Of a DNA stretch of 64,000 nt, positions 42,408 through 53,678 are shown piece by piece. The position numbers and the translations under genes were made by a program. A model generated the notes under the pieces. It searched no databases. It worked only from the letters and a program-made list of their open reading frames with translations, and was not told where the DNA came from. This DNA comes from an uncultured Acidobacteriota bacterium (GTDB lineage Bacteria > Acidobacteriota > Polarisedimenticolia > J045), in NCBI GenBank assembly GCA_963702425.1, contig CAVPCQ010000006.1, forward strand, positions 224,001 through 288,000. The letters run 5' to 3'. The stretch's first letter is position 1. Each line of letters starts with the position of its first letter.

Positions 42408-43826
42408 TCAGACCCCCCGCGGAGCCGCGGCCAGAAACCGCGCCGCCTCGCGGCCGCGTGCCAACCCGGTGCCGCCCGACTTGGCGAACGAGACGCCGAG
42501 GTAGCCGTTGCCGGCCAGGAAGAGCCCGGGGTGAGCGGCCAGCTCGCGGTCGATCGCCGCCAGCCGCTCGAGGTGCCCCAGCTCGTACTGCGGGATCGCC
42601 CGCTTCCACAGCGTGGTCCGCTCGTAGACCGGAGGATCCGAGAGGCCGAAGAGCCGGGCCACCTCGTCCCGCGCGATCCGCCCGATCGCGGCCTCGTCCA
42701 GGTCACCGACTGCCGAGTCGACCCCGCCGCCGAGCATCGCCCGCACGAGCAGGCGTCCCTCCGGGCTGCGGCCGCCGAACAGGTGCGTGTCCCAGAGGAC
42801 GCCGAGGATCCGGTACCCCTCGCCGCGCGGGATCAGCACACCGAAACCGCGCGGGACGCGCGCCAGCCCCTCGGCGCCGTAGCCGAGCGCGACGACCGCC
42901 ACCGCGGGGCACGGGATCTCGTCGAGCCGCAGCGCGGCGCGCGGCGCCGTCTCGCGGAGCATGGCCGCGGCGGCCCACGGCTCGGCGGCGACGATCACCG
43001 CGTCGGCGGGCAGCAGTTCGCCGGCATCTGTCGCCACGCTGAATCCTCCGTCCGCGCGCGGCGTCACGGCGCGCACACCGACGCCGGTCCGGACGGTGAT
43101 CCCCGGGGTCGCCGCCAACCGCTCCGGGAGCGACTGCAGGCCGTCCGCGAAGGAGGTCAGAACGCCCGACGGGCCGGCCGGGGTCCCCGCCCCCTTGGCC
43201 TTGCGCCGCGCCAGCATCCCGCGCACCAGCCCGCCGTGCTCCTCCTCGAGCGCGCGAAGCCGCGGGAAGGCGGCGGGGAGCGACAGCTTCTTCGCGTCGC
43301 CGGCGAAGATCCCCAGCATCATCGGCGCGATCAGCCGGTCGGCCGCCTCCGATCCGACGCGCCGCGCGGCGAACGACCAGACGCTCTCGTCGGCTCCGTC
43401 GCGCCGGGCCGGCACGAACGGCTCGCCGGCCATCCGCAACATCCCCAGGGGCGACATGATCCCGGCCGCGGCGAACTTGAGCGGGTGCGGAAAGATCTCG
43501 CGCACCTTGCCCCCGCGCACCAGGAAGCGCCGCGCCGCCGCCGCGTTGGCCGGCAGCTTCTCGGTGCGCATCCCGGCCAGCCCGACCAACTCGTCCATCC
43601 CGTCGTCGTTGTCGAGGTAGCCGGTCGGGCCGGTTTCGACGAGATAGCCCTGCTCGGCGACCGTCGCGGCCTTTCCTCCGACGCGCGGGTCCTTCTCCAG
43701 CACGACGATCTCGAGCCCTCCCGGCACCAAGGCGGCGCCCTCGGCGGCCCCGCGCGCGGCAGCCAGCCCCGAGATCCCCGCGCCGACGATGACGAGCCGC
43801 TTTCCCATGGCGTCCGGGCCGCTCAC
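42408..43826 (-). CDS. hemY: Protoporphyrinogen/coproporphyrinogen oxidase (HemY type)
   Basis: GAGISGL, E...RVGG, GIFAGD, GFGVL, AIPQY..GH; hem operon context. Confidence 0.9.
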   Translation of the reverse strand: MSGPDAMGKRLVIVGAGISGLAAARGAAEGAALVPGGLEIVVLEKDPRVGGKAATVAEQGYLVETGPTGYLDNDDGMDELVGLAGMRTEKLPANAAAARRFLVRGGKVREIFPHPLKFAAAGIMSPLGMLRMAGEPFVPARRDGADESVWSFAARRVGSEAADRLIAPMMLGIFAGDAKKLSLPAAFPRLRALEEEHGGLVRGMLARRKAKGAGTPAGPSGVLTSFADGLQSLPERLAATPGITVRTGVGVRAVTPRADGGFSVATDAGELLPADAVIVAAEPWAAAAMLRETAPRAALRLDEIPCPAVAVVALGYGAEGLARVPRGFGVLIPRGEGYRILGVLWDTHLFGGRSPEGRLLVRAMLGGGVDSAVGDLDEAAIGRIARDEVARLFGLSDPPVYERTTLWKRAIPQYELGHLERLAAIDRELAAHPGLFLAGNGYLGVSFAKSGGTGLARGREAARFLAAAPRGV

Positions 43827-45223
43827 ACGGTCCGCGAGAAGATCGGCTTGTCCGACCCTTCGTGCTTCTCACGCCAGTAGCGGTCGAAGCACATTGCGAC
43901 GTTCCGGACGAACAGCTCGCCCGTCGGCGTGGCCTCGATCCGCTCGGGCGTCACGGTCACCATCCCCTCCGCCTCATGCTCCTTGAGGCGCGCGAGGTCG
44001 ACCGCGAAGTACTCGGAGAAGCGCACGGCGTGGGCCCGCTCGAACGCCGGGATGTCGAGCCGAAAGTTGCACATCAGCTCGTGGATGATCTCGCGCCGCA
44101 GGTCGTCGTCGGCCGTGCGTGCGAGGCCGCGCTCGACCGGCAGCCGGCCGGCCTCGATCGCCTCGCGGTACTGACCGAGCTTCTTCCAGTTCTGCGCGTA
44201 GCAGCCGCGGACGTCGCCGATCGCCGAGATCCCGAGCCCCAGCACGTCGTCGCCGGGGATCACGGTGTAGCCCTGAAAGTTGCGCCGCAGGCGTCGCTCG
44301 CGCTTGGCCCGCGCCAGCTCGTCGTCGGGCTTGGCGAAGTGGTCCATCCCGATCGCCTCGTAGCCGGCCTCCAGGAACCGCTCGCGGGCCAGCGAGAACA
44401 GCTCGACCTTGGTCTCGCGCGTCGGGAGCTGCTCGTCGTCGATCTTCTTCTGGTTCCCGCGGATCCAGGGGACGTAGGCGAAGGAGTAGACCGCCGCGCG
44501 GTCGGCCCCCATCGCGATCACCTCCTCGACGGTGCGCTCGAAGGTCTCCGGCGTCTGGAGCGGCAGGCCGTAGATCAGGTCGATGTTGGTCCCGGTGTAG
44601 CCGCGGGCCCGGGCCCGCTCGACGACGCGCCGCGTCTCCTCGATCGACTGGACGCGGTTGATCGCCTCCTGCACCGCCGGCGTGAAATCTTGGACCCCGA
44701 GCGAGATCCGGTTGAAGCCGAGCGCGGCGAGCGCGTCGATGTGCTCGTCGGTCGTCACGCGTGGATCGACCTCGACCGCCAGCTCGGCCCCCTCGATCGG
44801 CTGGAAGCAGGAGAAGAAGTGCTTCAGCAGGTCGGTCAGCTCGGCCGGCGACTGGTAGGTCGGCGTCCCGCCGCCGAGGTGGAGCTGCGCGACCTTCCGC
44901 CGGTGCGGCAGCCGGGCCGCGACCAGGTCGATCTCGCGCTTGAGCAGCTCGAGGTAGGGGCGGGCCTTCTCCTTGTGCGGGCTGATGATCACGTGGCAGC
45001 CGCAGAAGATGCAGCGCTCCTCGCAGAACGGCAGGTGGACGTAGACCGAGAGCGGCGCGTCGCCCAGCGGGTCGGCCGCAGCGAGGTGCTTCTCGTAGTC
45101 GGCCGCGGTGAACCCCTCGTGGAACTCGACCGCCGTCGGGTAACTGGTGTAGCGCGGCCCGGGACGGTCGTAGCGGACGATCAGGTCAGCCGTGGCGCGG
45201 CGCGAGATCGGGGGCGTCGTCAT
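43823..45223 (-). CDS. hemN: Oxygen-independent coproporphyrinogen III oxidase
   Basis: GPRYTSYPTA, YVHLPFCEERCIFCGC, GGGTP, IGMDHF, RNFQGY. Confidence 0.95.
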   Translation of the reverse strand: MTTPPISRRATADLIVRYDRPGPRYTSYPTAVEFHEGFTAADYEKHLAAADPLGDAPLSVYVHLPFCEERCIFCGCHVIISPHKEKARPYLELLKREIDLVAARLPHRRKVAQLHLGGGTPTYQSPAELTDLLKHFFSCFQPIEGAELAVEVDPRVTTDEHIDALAALGFNRISLGVQDFTPAVQEAINRVQSIEETRRVVERARARGYTGTNIDLIYGLPLQTPETFERTVEEVIAMGADRAAVYSFAYVPWIRGNQKKIDDEQLPTRETKVELFSLARERFLEAGYEAIGMDHFAKPDDELARAKRERRLRRNFQGYTVIPGDDVLGLGISAIGDVRGCYAQNWKKLGQYREAIEAGRLPVERGLARTADDDLRREIIHELMCNFRLDIPAFERAHAVRFSEYFAVDLARLKEHEAEGMVTVTPERIEATPTGELFVRNVAMCFDRYWREKHEGSDKPIFSRTV

Positions 45224-46249
45224 CGGGGGACCTCCTCGGCGTGCACCGTCTCGACCAGCGCTTCGACGCTGGCGATCGGCGTCTCGGGCAGGATGCCGTG
45301 GCCGAGGTTCGCAATGTGCCCCCGCCGCGGCACGCGCGCCAGCAGGTCCCGCGCGGCGCGGCGCGTCGCGTCGGGCCCGGCGAGCAGGACCGCGGGGTCG
45401 AGGTTGCCCTGCAGCGCGCGGGCCGGCCCGACCTGGCGCCGCACCTCGGCCAGGTCCAGCCGCCAGTCGACCGCCATCGCCTCGGCCGGCAGTTCCGCCG
45501 CCGCGCCGAAGAGGTGCGGCGCGTCGAGCAGGAAGAGGATCCGCGGCACCCCGGCGCGCCCCATCTCCTCCAGCAGCCAGAGCAGGTGCGGCCGAACGAT
45601 CCGTTGCCAGTCGGCCAGCGACAGCAGGCCCGCCCAAGTGTCGAAGATCTGGACCGCGTCGGCCCCGGCGCGGTGCTGCTCGATCGCGTAGGCCGCCGAG
45701 AGCCGCGCCAGCTTCCCGAGCAGCCGGTCGAGCAGCGCCGGCTCCGCCGGCGGCGAGCGCGCGCAGCACCGGAAAGCCGTCCTTCCCGCCGCCGGCGGTC
45801 ATGTAGGCCGCCAGCGACCACGGCGCGCCCGCGAAACCGAGCAGCGCGATCCGCCCGCCCAGCTCGCGTTTCAGCAGCCGCAGCGCCTCGATCGTCGGCG
45901 GCGCGATCTCCCCGGGGGACGGGTCGCGCAGGCGATCGACGTCCGAGGCGTCGCGGATCGGCCGATCGACCTTGGGCCCCGGATCGAAGCGGAAGTCGAT
46001 CCCCAGCGCCGAGAGCGGCGTGACGAGGTCCGCGAAGACGATCGCCGCATCGAGCGGGAAGCGGCGCAGCGGCTGGAGCGTCACCTCGACCGCCAGCTCC
46101 GGGCGGGCGCACAGTTCCTCGAAGGAGTGCTGCTCCTTGAGCGCGCGGTACTCCGGCAGGTAGCGCCCCGCCTGCCGCATGATCCAGAGCGGGCGGCGCG
46201 CGGTCTCTTCGCCGCGGAACGCCCGCATGAACAGCGTGTCGGTCATCAC
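45220..46249 (-). CDS. hemE: Uroporphyrinogen decarboxylase; apparent frameshift near 45745
   Basis: WIMRQAGRYLPEY and GFAGAPW in one frame; QIFDTW, LQGNLDP and NLGHGI in the other. Confidence 0.9.
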
Positions 46250-46962
46250 TCCTCCGGCTCGGGCGTGAACCGGTAGCCGACGCCGCGCACGGTGTGGAAG
46301 TGGCGAGGCGCCTCCGGGTCGCGCTCGAAGCGCTTTCTGAGGCGCACGATGAAGTTGTCGATCGTGCGCGTCGAGGGGAAGATCTCGTAGCCCCAGACCT
46401 TCTCCAGGATCTCTTCGCGTGAGACGACCTCGCCCGGTCGCTCGGCGAGCGCCTTGAGGATCATCGCCTCCTTCTGGGTCAGCATCTCCTCGGTGCCGTC
46501 CCAGGCCTTCCCCTTCATCGTGCGGAAGTCGACGGCGTTGCCGCCGAAGCGCACCTCCGCCCCCGCCCCGGGAAGCACGCCGTACCAGCTCCGCCGGCGC
46601 AGCATCGCCGCCACGCGCAGCAGCAGCTCCTTGAGGTGGAACGGCTTCGGCAGGTAGTCGTCCCCGCCGGCCTCCAGGCCGTGCACCCGGTCGTCGGCCG
46701 TGGTCCGCGCGGTCAGGAAGAGGATCGGGACCTCGATCCCCTCGGCGCGGAGCGTCTCGCAGACCGTGAAGCCGTCCATCCCGGGCAGCATCACGTCGAG
46801 CACGACCAGGTCGAGCCCGCCGTCACGGATCCGGGCCAGCCCGTCGAGCCCGTCGCCCGCGACCTCGACCGCGTAGCCTTCCAGCTCGAAGTTCTCGCGG
46901 ATCCCGGCTGCGAGGTGCGCCTCGTCCTCGACCACCAGGATCCGCGCGCGCTCGCCGCTCAT
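46246..46962 (-). CDS. OmpR-family response regulator
   Basis: VVEDE, LDVMLP, FLTA, DDYLPKPF, and winged helix TRTIDNFI..TVRGVGY. Confidence 0.93.
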   Translation of the reverse strand: MSGERARILVVEDEAHLAAGIRENFELEGYAVEVAGDGLDGLARIRDGGLDLVVLDVMLPGMDGFTVCETLRAEGIEVPILFLTARTTADDRVHGLEAGGDDYLPKPFHLKELLLRVAAMLRRRSWYGVLPGAGAEVRFGGNAVDFRTMKGKAWDGTEEMLTQKEAMILKALAERPGEVVSREEILEKVWGYEIFPSTRTIDNFIVRLRKRFERDPEAPRHFHTVRGVGYRFTPEPEE

Positions 46963-48067
46963 GCCCGTCCTCCCCGCGGCGCCGGCCAGAGCACCGTGAA
47001 TTCCGCGCCCTGGCCCGGCCCGTCGCTGTGCGCGCTCACCCGCCCGTGTTCCAGCTCGACGAAGCGCCGGACGATGTAGAGCCCGAGCCCCGAGCCGCGG
47101 GTCTTGCGTCGCAGCTCGTCGCCCGGCCGGTAGAACTTCTCGAACAGCCGGTTCGACTCCCGCGCCGCGAAGCCGACCCCGGTGTCCCGCACGACCAGCT
47201 TCACGAAACCGCCGGCCTCCTCGGCACGCACGGTAACGGTCCCGCCGCCCGCGGCAGCGGTCGCCTTGATCGCGTTGTCGACCAGGTTGCGCAGCACGGT
47301 CCGCAGCGCCAGCGGGTCGGCCTGGACCTCGAGCTCCGGCTCGGCGGAGCGCGTCCAGCGTCACGCCGGCCGCCGCGGCCCGCGGCCCGACCTCCTCGGC
47401 CAGGGCCCGCACCGCCGAAGCCGACCGAGACCCGCTCCGGCTTGAGCTGGACCCGCCCTTCCTCGAGCCGCGCGGTGTCGAGGATGTTGCCGATCATCGC
47501 CTCCAGCCGGTCGACATCGGCCAGCAGCCGGTCGACGATCACGCGCCGCTTCTCGGGCGTCGGGTCGCGCAGGAAGAGCGTCTCCGCCGAGAGCTTGATG
47601 CTCGCCAGCGGGCTCTTGAACTCGTGCGTCACGGCCGCCAGGAAGTTCTGCTGCCGGCGCCGGAGCTGCGCGTCCTGGTGCAGCGCCTGCGCCAGGACCG
47701 CCATCGCGGCGACCAGCACGAGCAGGAAGAACGCCCCTTCCCAACCGATCCGCCGCAGGCGCCGGATCCGGTCGTCCTCGAGCTGCGCCAGCGCCATCGG
47801 GTTGACGGCGACCCGCTCGGGCCCGCTCGAGAAGACGACCTGCGGGAACATGTCGCTGACGTCGTTGGCCGGCGTGCCGCGCTCGAGCAGCGTGCGGGCG
47901 ACCTGGACCTCGAGGTCGTACTCGGCCACCAACGCGTCGTGCAGCTTCTGCGTGTGCCAGACCTCGTCGAGGATCCACCAGACGACCTGCGCGGCGGCGA
48001 TCGACAGCAGGAGCACGAAGCCCCACTGCAGGGCCCGGGTCGGATCGAAGTGCCGCCGCGCCGCCAC
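46959..48067 (-). CDS. Membrane sensor histidine kinase; apparent frameshifts near 47410 and 47345
   Basis: Two TM helices, H-box AVTHEFKSPL, N-box NLVDNAIK, DTGVG, GSGLGL. GTG start after AAGGA. Confidence 0.85.
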
Positions 48068-48081
48068 CGCGATCCTTCGTC

Positions 48082-49374
<1,293 letters not shown>

Positions 49375-49378
<4 letters not shown>

Positions 49379-50406
49379 AGCCACTTCTCCTTGAGGACCT
49401 CGCGCGCGTGGTAGGTGATCACCGCGTCGGCGCCGGCGCGGATCATCGCCCAGAGGTTCTCGCGCACGATCCGCGGCTCGTCGACCCAGCCCAGCTTCGC
49501 CGCGGCCTTGACCATCGAGTACTCGGCCGAGACGTTGTAGGCGGTCAGCGGCAGGTCGCTCACCGCGCGCACCGCCGCGATCACATCGAGGTAGGCCAGC
49601 GCCGGCTTGACCATCAGCATGTCGGCTCCCTCGGCCTCGTCGAGCAGCGCCTCCTTGACCGCCTCGCGGACGTTGCGCGGGTCCATCTGGTAGCCCTGCC
49701 GGTCGCCCTTTCCGGGCGCCGAGTCGGCCGCCTCGCGGAACGGCCCGTAGTAGCCCGAGGCGTACTTGACCGAATAGGACAGGAGGCCGGTCGTCGTCAG
49801 CCCGGCGTCGTCCAGCGCGTCGCGGATCGCCGCTACGCGGCCGTCCATCATGTCCGACGGGGCGACGATGTCGGCGCCCCCCTCGGCGTGCGCGACGGCC
49901 ATCGCGGCCAGCCGCGCCAGCGAGCGGTCGTTGTCGACCTCGTCGTCGACGATCACGCCGCAGTGGCCGTGGTCGGTGTAGGCGCACAGGCAGACGTCGG
50001 TGATGACGAGGAGGTCCTTGCCGAACGCCTTCTTGAGCGCGCGGCAGGCTTCCGGGACCGTCCCGTGCGGCTCCGACGCCGCGGTCCCGACGGGGTCCTT
50101 CTCGTGCTCGCCCGGCAGCCCGAACAGCAGCACCGTCTTGATCCCCAGCGCGCGGTCGCTCTCGGCCTGCCGCACCAGGTCCTCGATCCCCAGTCGCTCG
50201 ATCCCCGGCATCGAGGCGATCACCTCGCGCCCCTTCGCGGCCGGCAGGATGAAATGCGGCATGATCATCTGGTCGGCGGTGATCCGCGTCTCGGCGACGA
50301 GGTTGCGGATCAGCGCATTGCGGCGCAGGCGGCGCGGGCGGATCCGGTCGGGAGTCGTGACCGCGTCGGCCCTGACGAGTTTCTCGGCGGACTTCTCGAT
50401 GCTCAT
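49375..50406 (-). CDS. hemB: Porphobilinogen synthase (Zn-type)
   Basis: DVCLCAYTDHGHCG, APSDMMDGR, YGPFREA, MVKP. Confidence 0.96.
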
Positions 50407-51146
50407 GGAATGACCTCCAGGATCCCCTCGAGCCCCGGGCGGCGCGCCTCGGCCAGGACGGCCAGGCCGTGCGCGCGCGCCGCCTCGGTGGTCGAGGGGC
50501 CGATCGTGACGACGACGGCGCCGCCGGGGACGACGGCGCGGTGAACGAGCCCGGCGACGGCCGACGGGCTCGCGAGCAGGATCGTGTCGACGCCGAGCGC
50601 GTCGAGCCGGACGCGCGGCGTCTCGGGCGGGGCCGGCACGGTGCGATAGACGTCGACCCTGGCGACCTCCACCCCGACCGGCGCGAGGATCCGCTCGAGG
50701 TGCGGCACCGCGCGGTCGGCGGCGGCGATCGCAACCTTCGCCGGCCGCATCGGCGCGGGCGGGTGAGCGGCGAGCGCGGCGCGCAGCGCTTCGGCCAGCG
50801 ACGCGCCGGTGCCGGCCGGCGCCACCAGGTCGCAGCGGCCGAGGAGCGCGCGGGCCGCGGCCGCGGTCGCGGGCCCGACGGCGGCGATCGCGACCCCTTC
50901 CGGTACCCCGCCCGGTGCGAGCGCCGCCACGGCCTCGACCCCGCGCCGCGAGGTCAGCGCCAGCCAGGCCGCGCCGTCGAGCGCCGCCGCCAGCGCCGAT
51001 CGCGTCGCGGCGTCGTCGAGGATCTCGCAGACCAGGCACGGGAAGACGACCGGCGTTGCGCCGAGCGCCGCGAGGCGCTCCGCCCACGGCGCGGCGTCCT
51101 CCGCCGCGCGCGTGACCAGCACCGTCCTGCCCGCCACCGGGCTCAC
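50403..51146 (-). CDS. hemD: Uroporphyrinogen-III synthase
   Basis: VLVTR, LTSRRGV, AVGPATA, VYRT, ASPSAV, IGPST. Confidence 0.9.
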   Translation of the reverse strand: MSPVAGRTVLVTRAAEDAAPWAERLAALGATPVVFPCLVCEILDDAATRSALAAALDGAAWLALTSRRGVEAVAALAPGGVPEGVAIAAVGPATAAAARALLGRCDLVAPAGTGASLAEALRAALAAHPPAPMRPAKVAIAAADRAVPHLERILAPVGVEVARVDVYRTVPAPPETPRVRLDALGVDTILLASPSAVAGLVHRAVVPGGAVVVTIGPSTTEAARAHGLAVLAEARRPGLEGILEVIP

Positions 51147-52090
51147 AGCAGCGTGCCTCCGCGCTGCAACTCGTCCCAGAGCGACGCCGCGAGCGCCTCC
51201 GGCTCGGGGCCGCGGCCGATCGCGCGCACCAGCCGCAGCGCGCCGTCGACCTCGCGCTCGAGCAGCGCCATCATCTCGAGCTGCCCGCCTTCGATCGCGC
51301 GGGCCCAGGCGCCGAACGGCACCTGGCAGCCCCCCTCGACCAGCGCCAGCAGCGCGCGCTCGGCGCGCACGGCGCGGTGGGCGGGCCCGTCGTCGAGCGC
51401 CTCGACCTCCGCGCGGGCCGCCGTGGCGTCGCGCCGCACCTGGATCGCAAGCGCTCCCTGCGACGGGGCCGGGACGAAGACCGCCGGATCGAGCCGGACC
51501 TCGACGATCCCGCCGCGATCCAGGGCCACCGAGGGGTCGCGCGTCGCCGCGGTCCGGTCGAGCCGCATCAGCCCGGCCGCCGCGAGCAGCGTCGCGTCGA
51601 AGACGCCGTCGCGGACCTTCGCGACGCGCGTCGGCAGGTTGCCGCGCAGCAGCTCCGCCGACAGGTCGGGGCGGAAGTGGCGGAGCAGCGCCTGGCGCCG
51701 CGCCGAGGCGGTCCCGACGACGCCGTTCCGGCGCACCGGGATCAGCCCCTGGCCCGGGTCGTGGGCCTCGGGCCGGACCAGCAGGCGGTCGGCGGCGTCG
51801 ACCCGCTCGGGGACCGCGGCGACGACCAGCTCGGCCGGGCTCTTCGACGGCAGGTCTTTGTAGGAGTGGACCGCGACGTCGATCGTGCGGGCGACCAGGG
51901 CCTGCTCGATCTCGATCACGAACACCCCCGGCGCGCCGACCTCGACGAAGGCGCGGTCGCGGTCGCGATCGCCGGTGGTCTTGATGACCTGGACCTCGAC
52001 CTCGTGGCCGCGCGCTTCGAACATCCGCGCCACGTCGCCCGACTGGGCGAGCGCGAGGCGCGAGCCGCGGGTACCGAGTCTCAGCTTCAC
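51143..52090 (-). CDS. hemC: Hydroxymethylbilane synthase
   Basis: GTRGSRLALAQ, AVHSYKDLP, LRGNLPTR, GGCQVP. Confidence 0.95.
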   Translation of the reverse strand: MKLRLGTRGSRLALAQSGDVARMFEARGHEVEVQVIKTTGDRDRDRAFVEVGAPGVFVIEIEQALVARTIDVAVHSYKDLPSKSPAELVVAAVPERVDAADRLLVRPEAHDPGQGLIPVRRNGVVGTASARRQALLRHFRPDLSAELLRGNLPTRVAKVRDGVFDATLLAAAGLMRLDRTAATRDPSVALDRGGIVEVRLDPAVFVPAPSQGALAIQVRRDATAARAEVEALDDGPAHRAVRAERALLALVEGGCQVPFGAWARAIEGGQLEMMALLEREVDGALRLVRAIGRGPEPEALAASLWDELQRGGTLL

Positions 52091-53430
52091 GCGTCCGTCT
52101 CCTCCGGCGACCCGACCCGCGGACCACCCGCCGTGCGCGCGGCGTCGCGCAGCTCGTCGGCCAAACCCTCGTCCAACCCCGCCAGGAACGCCTCGACCGC
52201 CGGGACGCCCCCCTCGTAGGCCAGCCCCTTGAGGCCCAGGGAAGGAATGTGCGCGAAGCGCCGCGCCAGCAGCGCGGCCCAGGCCATGACCGCCTCGCGG
52301 TCCTGGTCGGAGAGGTGCGCCAGGTCCTTGCGGAACAGCCGCTCGACCGCCTCCGCCGCCGTCTGACGATAGCGGCGCTGGAGCGCGCCGAGCAGCGGGC
52401 CGAGCATCCGGTCGGCCATCGTACGGCGCAACTCGAGCAGCGACTCGTCGATCAGCGACCGGGCGTCGGCCAGCTCGAGCAGTCGCTCGCTCCGGTTCGA
52501 CTCGGCCTCGGCGATGACCTCCTCCATCCCGAGCCGCGGCACGCCCGCGGCGCGGGCGTCGGCGGGGTCGACGTCGGGCGGCACCGCGAGGTCGATCACC
52601 AGCGGCGGCTCGCCCGACGGCGTGCGGGCGGCGATCCGCTCGAGCTCGGCGCGGCGCAGCACCGGCCCGGGCGACGCCGTCGCCAGCACCAGCGCCTCGA
52701 CGGCGGCCGGCCGCCGCCGGAACTCGTCGAGGGCCACGGCGGTGCCGCCGATCTCGTGCGCGAACTCCTCGGCCCGCTCGAGCGTCCGGTTGACGACCAC
52801 CGCCGGCCACGGCGTCTCGGTCATCGCCTTGCCGCACTTGACCGTCATCGGCGAGACGCCGACCAGCGCGTAGGAGCCGCCGGTCCGGTCCAGCCGCTCC
52901 TTCAAGTGGTCGATCGCGATCCCGGCCAGCGAAACGTGCCCTTCGCTGACGGCGGTCCGGCGGTGGACCAGTGCGGCGACCCGCAGCGCCTCCTCCAGCA
53001 CCAGCGACAGGCGCGGCCCGGCGAGCGCCAGGCCGCGGGACAGGTCGAGCGCCGTGCGAACCTGCCCGGCGATCTCGGTCTCGCCGGCGCGCGCCGAATC
53101 GAGCCCGGCCGCGACGACGAAGAGGTGCTCGACCGCGCCCTCTCCGGCCCAGGCGTGGAAAGCCCGCTCGGCCTCCCCGGGATAGGGCGCGCGTCCCTCG
53201 AGCGCGGCGAACAGGCGCGGCCGGAACGTGGCGAGCGGCGCTTTTCCGTCGGTGGCGAAGGCGATCTCGACCCGGTTGCAGGTCGCCAGGTAGACCAGTT
53301 CGTGGACCCCGGCCTCGCGCGCGATCTCGGGAAGCCGCCGCGGCCGCTCCTCGACCGGGATCGTGAAGCGGGCGAGCGCCTCCGGCCCCCCCTTGCGCCA
53401 CGGGATCCCGATCACGCCGATGCGGTCCAT
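52087..53430 (-). CDS. hemA: Glutamyl-tRNA reductase
   Basis: LATCNRVE, HLFVVAAGLDS..GETEIAGQV, NRT, IDLAVPPD. Confidence 0.9.
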   Translation of the reverse strand: MDRIGVIGIPWRKGGPEALARFTIPVEERPRRLPEIAREAGVHELVYLATCNRVEIAFATDGKAPLATFRPRLFAALEGRAPYPGEAERAFHAWAGEGAVEHLFVVAAGLDSARAGETEIAGQVRTALDLSRGLALAGPRLSLVLEEALRVAALVHRRTAVSEGHVSLAGIAIDHLKERLDRTGGSYALVGVSPMTVKCGKAMTETPWPAVVVNRTLERAEEFAHEIGGTAVALDEFRRRPAAVEALVLATASPGPVLRRAELERIAARTPSGEPPLVIDLAVPPDVDPADARAAGVPRLGMEEVIAEAESNRSERLLELADARSLIDESLLELRRTMADRMLGPLLGALQRRYRQTAAEAVERLFRKDLAHLSDQDREAVMAWAALLARRFAHIPSLGLKGLAYEGGVPAVEAFLAGLDEGLADELRDAARTAGGPRVGSPEETDA

Positions 53431-53482
53431 CCGGCTCCTCTGGCCCGGCCCCGTCTCCCCGGCCCCATCGCCCGGGGAGAGG

Positions 53483-53522
53483 ATTACCACCGGGAAAGCC
53501 GGCAAGTGTCACAGGAATGTCA
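53483..53522 (-). promoter_or_regulatory. Putative hem operon promoter with a TGACA-N6-TGACA direct repeat
   Basis: Plus-strand TGTCA at 53507-53511 and 53518-53522 (11-bp period); TGGTAAT downstream on the minus strand. Confidence 0.5.
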
Positions 53523-53678
53523 GCCGGGGACAAACCGCCCGCGAGATACCGTGTGCCGCGGGTTCAGGGGCAGGCCTCGGTGCCGGCCCGAAAAAGGAAG
53601 CGGCGCACCGCGGGCCGTCAAGGAGGCCGGCCCCTGCGGTCGGTGGCGAGGCCGGGCGGATTGAAAGCTGCCCGGCGG

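Noticed and set aside
45220-46249. Programmed frameshifting or pseudogenisation of hemE and other split genes
   Set aside because: Single indels are scattered in GC runs across unrelated genes with otherwise intact motifs, which fits assembly error.
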